DNA of 32,000 nucleotides from Candidatus Saccharimonadota bacterium (GTDB lineage Bacteria; Pseudomonadota; Gammaproteobacteria; Enterobacterales; Enterobacteriaceae): NCBI GenBank assembly GCA_041941795.1, contig CP145872.1, positions 1 to 32,000 of the forward strand, read 5' to 3'. Shown piece by piece: positions 29,422 to 32,000 of this stretch (position 1 is its first letter; each line of letters starts with the position of its first letter). The notes under the pieces were generated by a model. It saw only the letters and a program-made list of their open reading frames with translations, ran no database searches and was not told where the DNA came from. The position numbers and the translations under genes were made by a program.

Positions 29422-30723
29422 ATGGACGATCAACTTAAAAAAAATGCTCTTTCTTATCACCAATTTCCCGTTCCCGGAAAAATAAAAATTACGGCTACTA
29501 AACCTTTAGTATCACAACGGGATTTAGCACTTGCTTATTCTCCTGGAGTAGCAGCTCCTTGCTTAGAAATAGTAGCAGATCCTCGAGCGGTCAATCAATA
29601 TACTGCCCGCGGTAATTTAGTGGCAGTAATTTCTAATGGGACGGCAGTCCTGGGTTTAGGTAATATTGGACCCCTAGCCGGAAAACCGGTAATGGAAGGC
29701 AAAGGAGTACTTTTTAAAAAATTTGCTGGTATTGATGTTTTTGATATTGAGATTGATGAACAAGAACCCAATCAGTTAATTAACATTATTGCCTCTTTGG
29801 AGCCTACTTTTGGGGGAATTAATCTTGAGGATATAAAAGCTCCTGAATGCTTTTATATTGAAAAAGAATTACGTAAAAAAATGAAAATTCCTGTATTTCA
29901 TGATGATCAGCATGGAACGGCAATTATTTGTACTGCCGCGGTACTAAATTTTTCGCGGATAGTTAACCAGCCAATTTCCGACATGAAAATAGTGGTTTCC
30001 GGAGCCGGAGCAGCAGCAATTGCTTGTTTAGATTTGTTAGGAACATTAGGACTCCAAAAAAGTAATATTGTGGTCTGTGACTCCAAAGGGATAATTTATC
30101 AAGGACGTGAACCTAACCTTACTGATACTAAAGCTATGTATGCAGTAAATCTGAATGTTAATAACAAGAAGGGTTCTTATCCCACTTTAGATGACGCTAT
30201 TACTGGAGCAAATATTTTTCTAGGGTGTTCTATACCTAATATTTTAACTCCGGCAATGGTAAAGAGAATGGCGATAAAACCATTGATTTTAGCTCTTGCC
30301 AACCCAGTGCCCGAAATCTTACCTCACCTAGCTAAAGAAGTACGACCAGATGCTATTATTTGTACGGGGCGATCAGATTATCCCAATCAAGTTAATAATG
30401 TTCTCTGTTTTCCATTTATATTTCGTGGTGCTCTTGATGTAGGGGCAACCACTATTAATGAAGAAATGAAACTATCGGTAGTATCCGAAATTGCGAAGTT
30501 GGCATTTAACGAACCACATGAAACGGTTGTTAACGCCTATAATAATGATGAAAAACTAACTTTTGGATCGGAATATTTAATTCCTCAACCATTTGATCCA
30601 CGTTTAATATTCAAAATTGCCCCAGCAGTTGCAAAAGCTGCTATGAAGTCAGGGGTGGCTACTAGGCCCATTACAGACTTTGAAGAATATCACCAAAAAC
30701 TCTCTAACTTTGTTCAGAGCTAA
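29422..30723 (+). CDS. maeB: NADP-dependent malic enzyme, catalytic domain only (C-terminal PTA-like domain absent)
   Basis: 433 aa. [45 protein letters not shown] and [11 protein letters not shown]. It is collinear with residues ~1-428 of the 759-aa E. coli MaeB. It stops at ...KLSNFVQS*, where E. coli continues ...KLTEFVYKTNLF into the PTA-like domain. Confidence 0.92.
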   Translation: MDDQLKKNALSYHQFPVPGKIKITATKPLVSQRDLALAYSPGVAAPCLEIVADPRAVNQYTARGNLVAVISNGTAVLGLGNIGPLAGKPVMEGKGVLFKKFAGIDVFDIEIDEQEPNQLINIIASLEPTFGGINLEDIKAPECFYIEKELRKKMKIPVFHDDQHGTAIICTAAVLNFSRIVNQPISDMKIVVSGAGAAAIACLDLLGTLGLQKSNIVVCDSKGIIYQGREPNLTDTKAMYAVNLNVNNKKGSYPTLDDAITGANIFLGCSIPNILTPAMVKRMAIKPLILALANPVPEILPHLAKEVRPDAIICTGRSDYPNQVNNVLCFPFIFRGALDVGATTINEEMKLSVVSEIAKLAFNEPHETVVNAYNNDEKLTFGSEYLIPQPFDPRLIFKIAPAVAKAAMKSGVATRPITDFEEYHQKLSNFVQS

Positions 30724-30740
30724 TTTCAGCTGTATCTTTA

Positions 30741-30959
30741 TTAACGACTACGGAAGACAATGCGTCCTTTACCTAGATCATACGGAGTCAGTTCTACCGT
30801 GACAGTATCTCCGGTTAAGATCCGAATATAATTTTTGCGCATTTTTCCCGAAATATGAGCGGTTACTATATGTCCATTTTCTAATTCTACTCTAAACAGA
30901 GTATTAGGTAAAGTATCTAACACAATGCCCTGCATTTCAATATTCTCTTCTTTAGACAT
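30741..30959 (-). CDS. infA: translation initiation factor IF-1
   Basis: 72 aa. [51 protein letters not shown] is nearly identical to E. coli InfA. Confidence 0.97.
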   Translation of the reverse strand: MSKEENIEMQGIVLDTLPNTLFRVELENGHIVTAHISGKMRKNYIRILTGDTVTVELTPYDLGKGRIVFRSR

Positions 30960-31008
30960 TTTTGTCCTCTTTTTTTGTTAATGTTGTTTTTCACAAAAAC
31001 TGTTCTTC

Positions 31009-31983
<975 letters not shown>

Positions 31984-32000
31984 TTATTCGCATTATAAAT

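Overview
This AT-rich, gene-dense window looks like a reduced Enterobacterales-type chromosome, probably from an insect endosymbiont (lineage is inference only). It holds the 23S-5S end of an rRNA operon, four tRNAs (Lys-UUU, Val-UAC, Ala-GGC, Arg-CCU) and 20 housekeeping CDSs I recognise as orthologues of E. coli genes. These are aroQ, yhgN, asd, glpD, nfuA, pckA, aroK-aroB-rpe-trpS, dapA, serC-aroA-cmk-rpsA, gltX, a ypdB-like orphan response regulator, a PTA-domain-less maeB, infA and trxB. Local gene order follows E. coli with large blocks deleted. I saw no transposase, integrase, CRISPR array or phage gene. The exception is a compact same-strand seven-gene block at 23807-29155. It encodes a QueE-like radical SAM enzyme, a Bacillus-type GTP cyclohydrolase I, QueD, a CBS-less IMPDH/GMP-reductase homologue, a Gpt-like phosphoribosyltransferase, a UbiD-family decarboxylase and a YfbR-type HD nucleotidase. 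No queC, queF, tgt or dpdA is present. That gene content matches the biosynthetic logic of pyrrolopyrimidine (7-deazapurine) nucleoside antibiotics such as tubercidin and toyocamycin, not tRNA queuosine synthesis. I propose it as a candidate symbiont-encoded 7-deazapurine nucleoside pathway. Secondary observations are a cmk whose P-loop lies upstream of any canonical start (likely ATT start), a probable ihfB relic containing a 20-bp perfect palindrome, a cleanly truncated maeB, loss of encoded CCA in 3 of 4 tRNAs, and aroQ ending about 3 nt from the 5S gene. All homology statements come from reading the translations against remembered family motifs and E. coli sequences. No database search was run.
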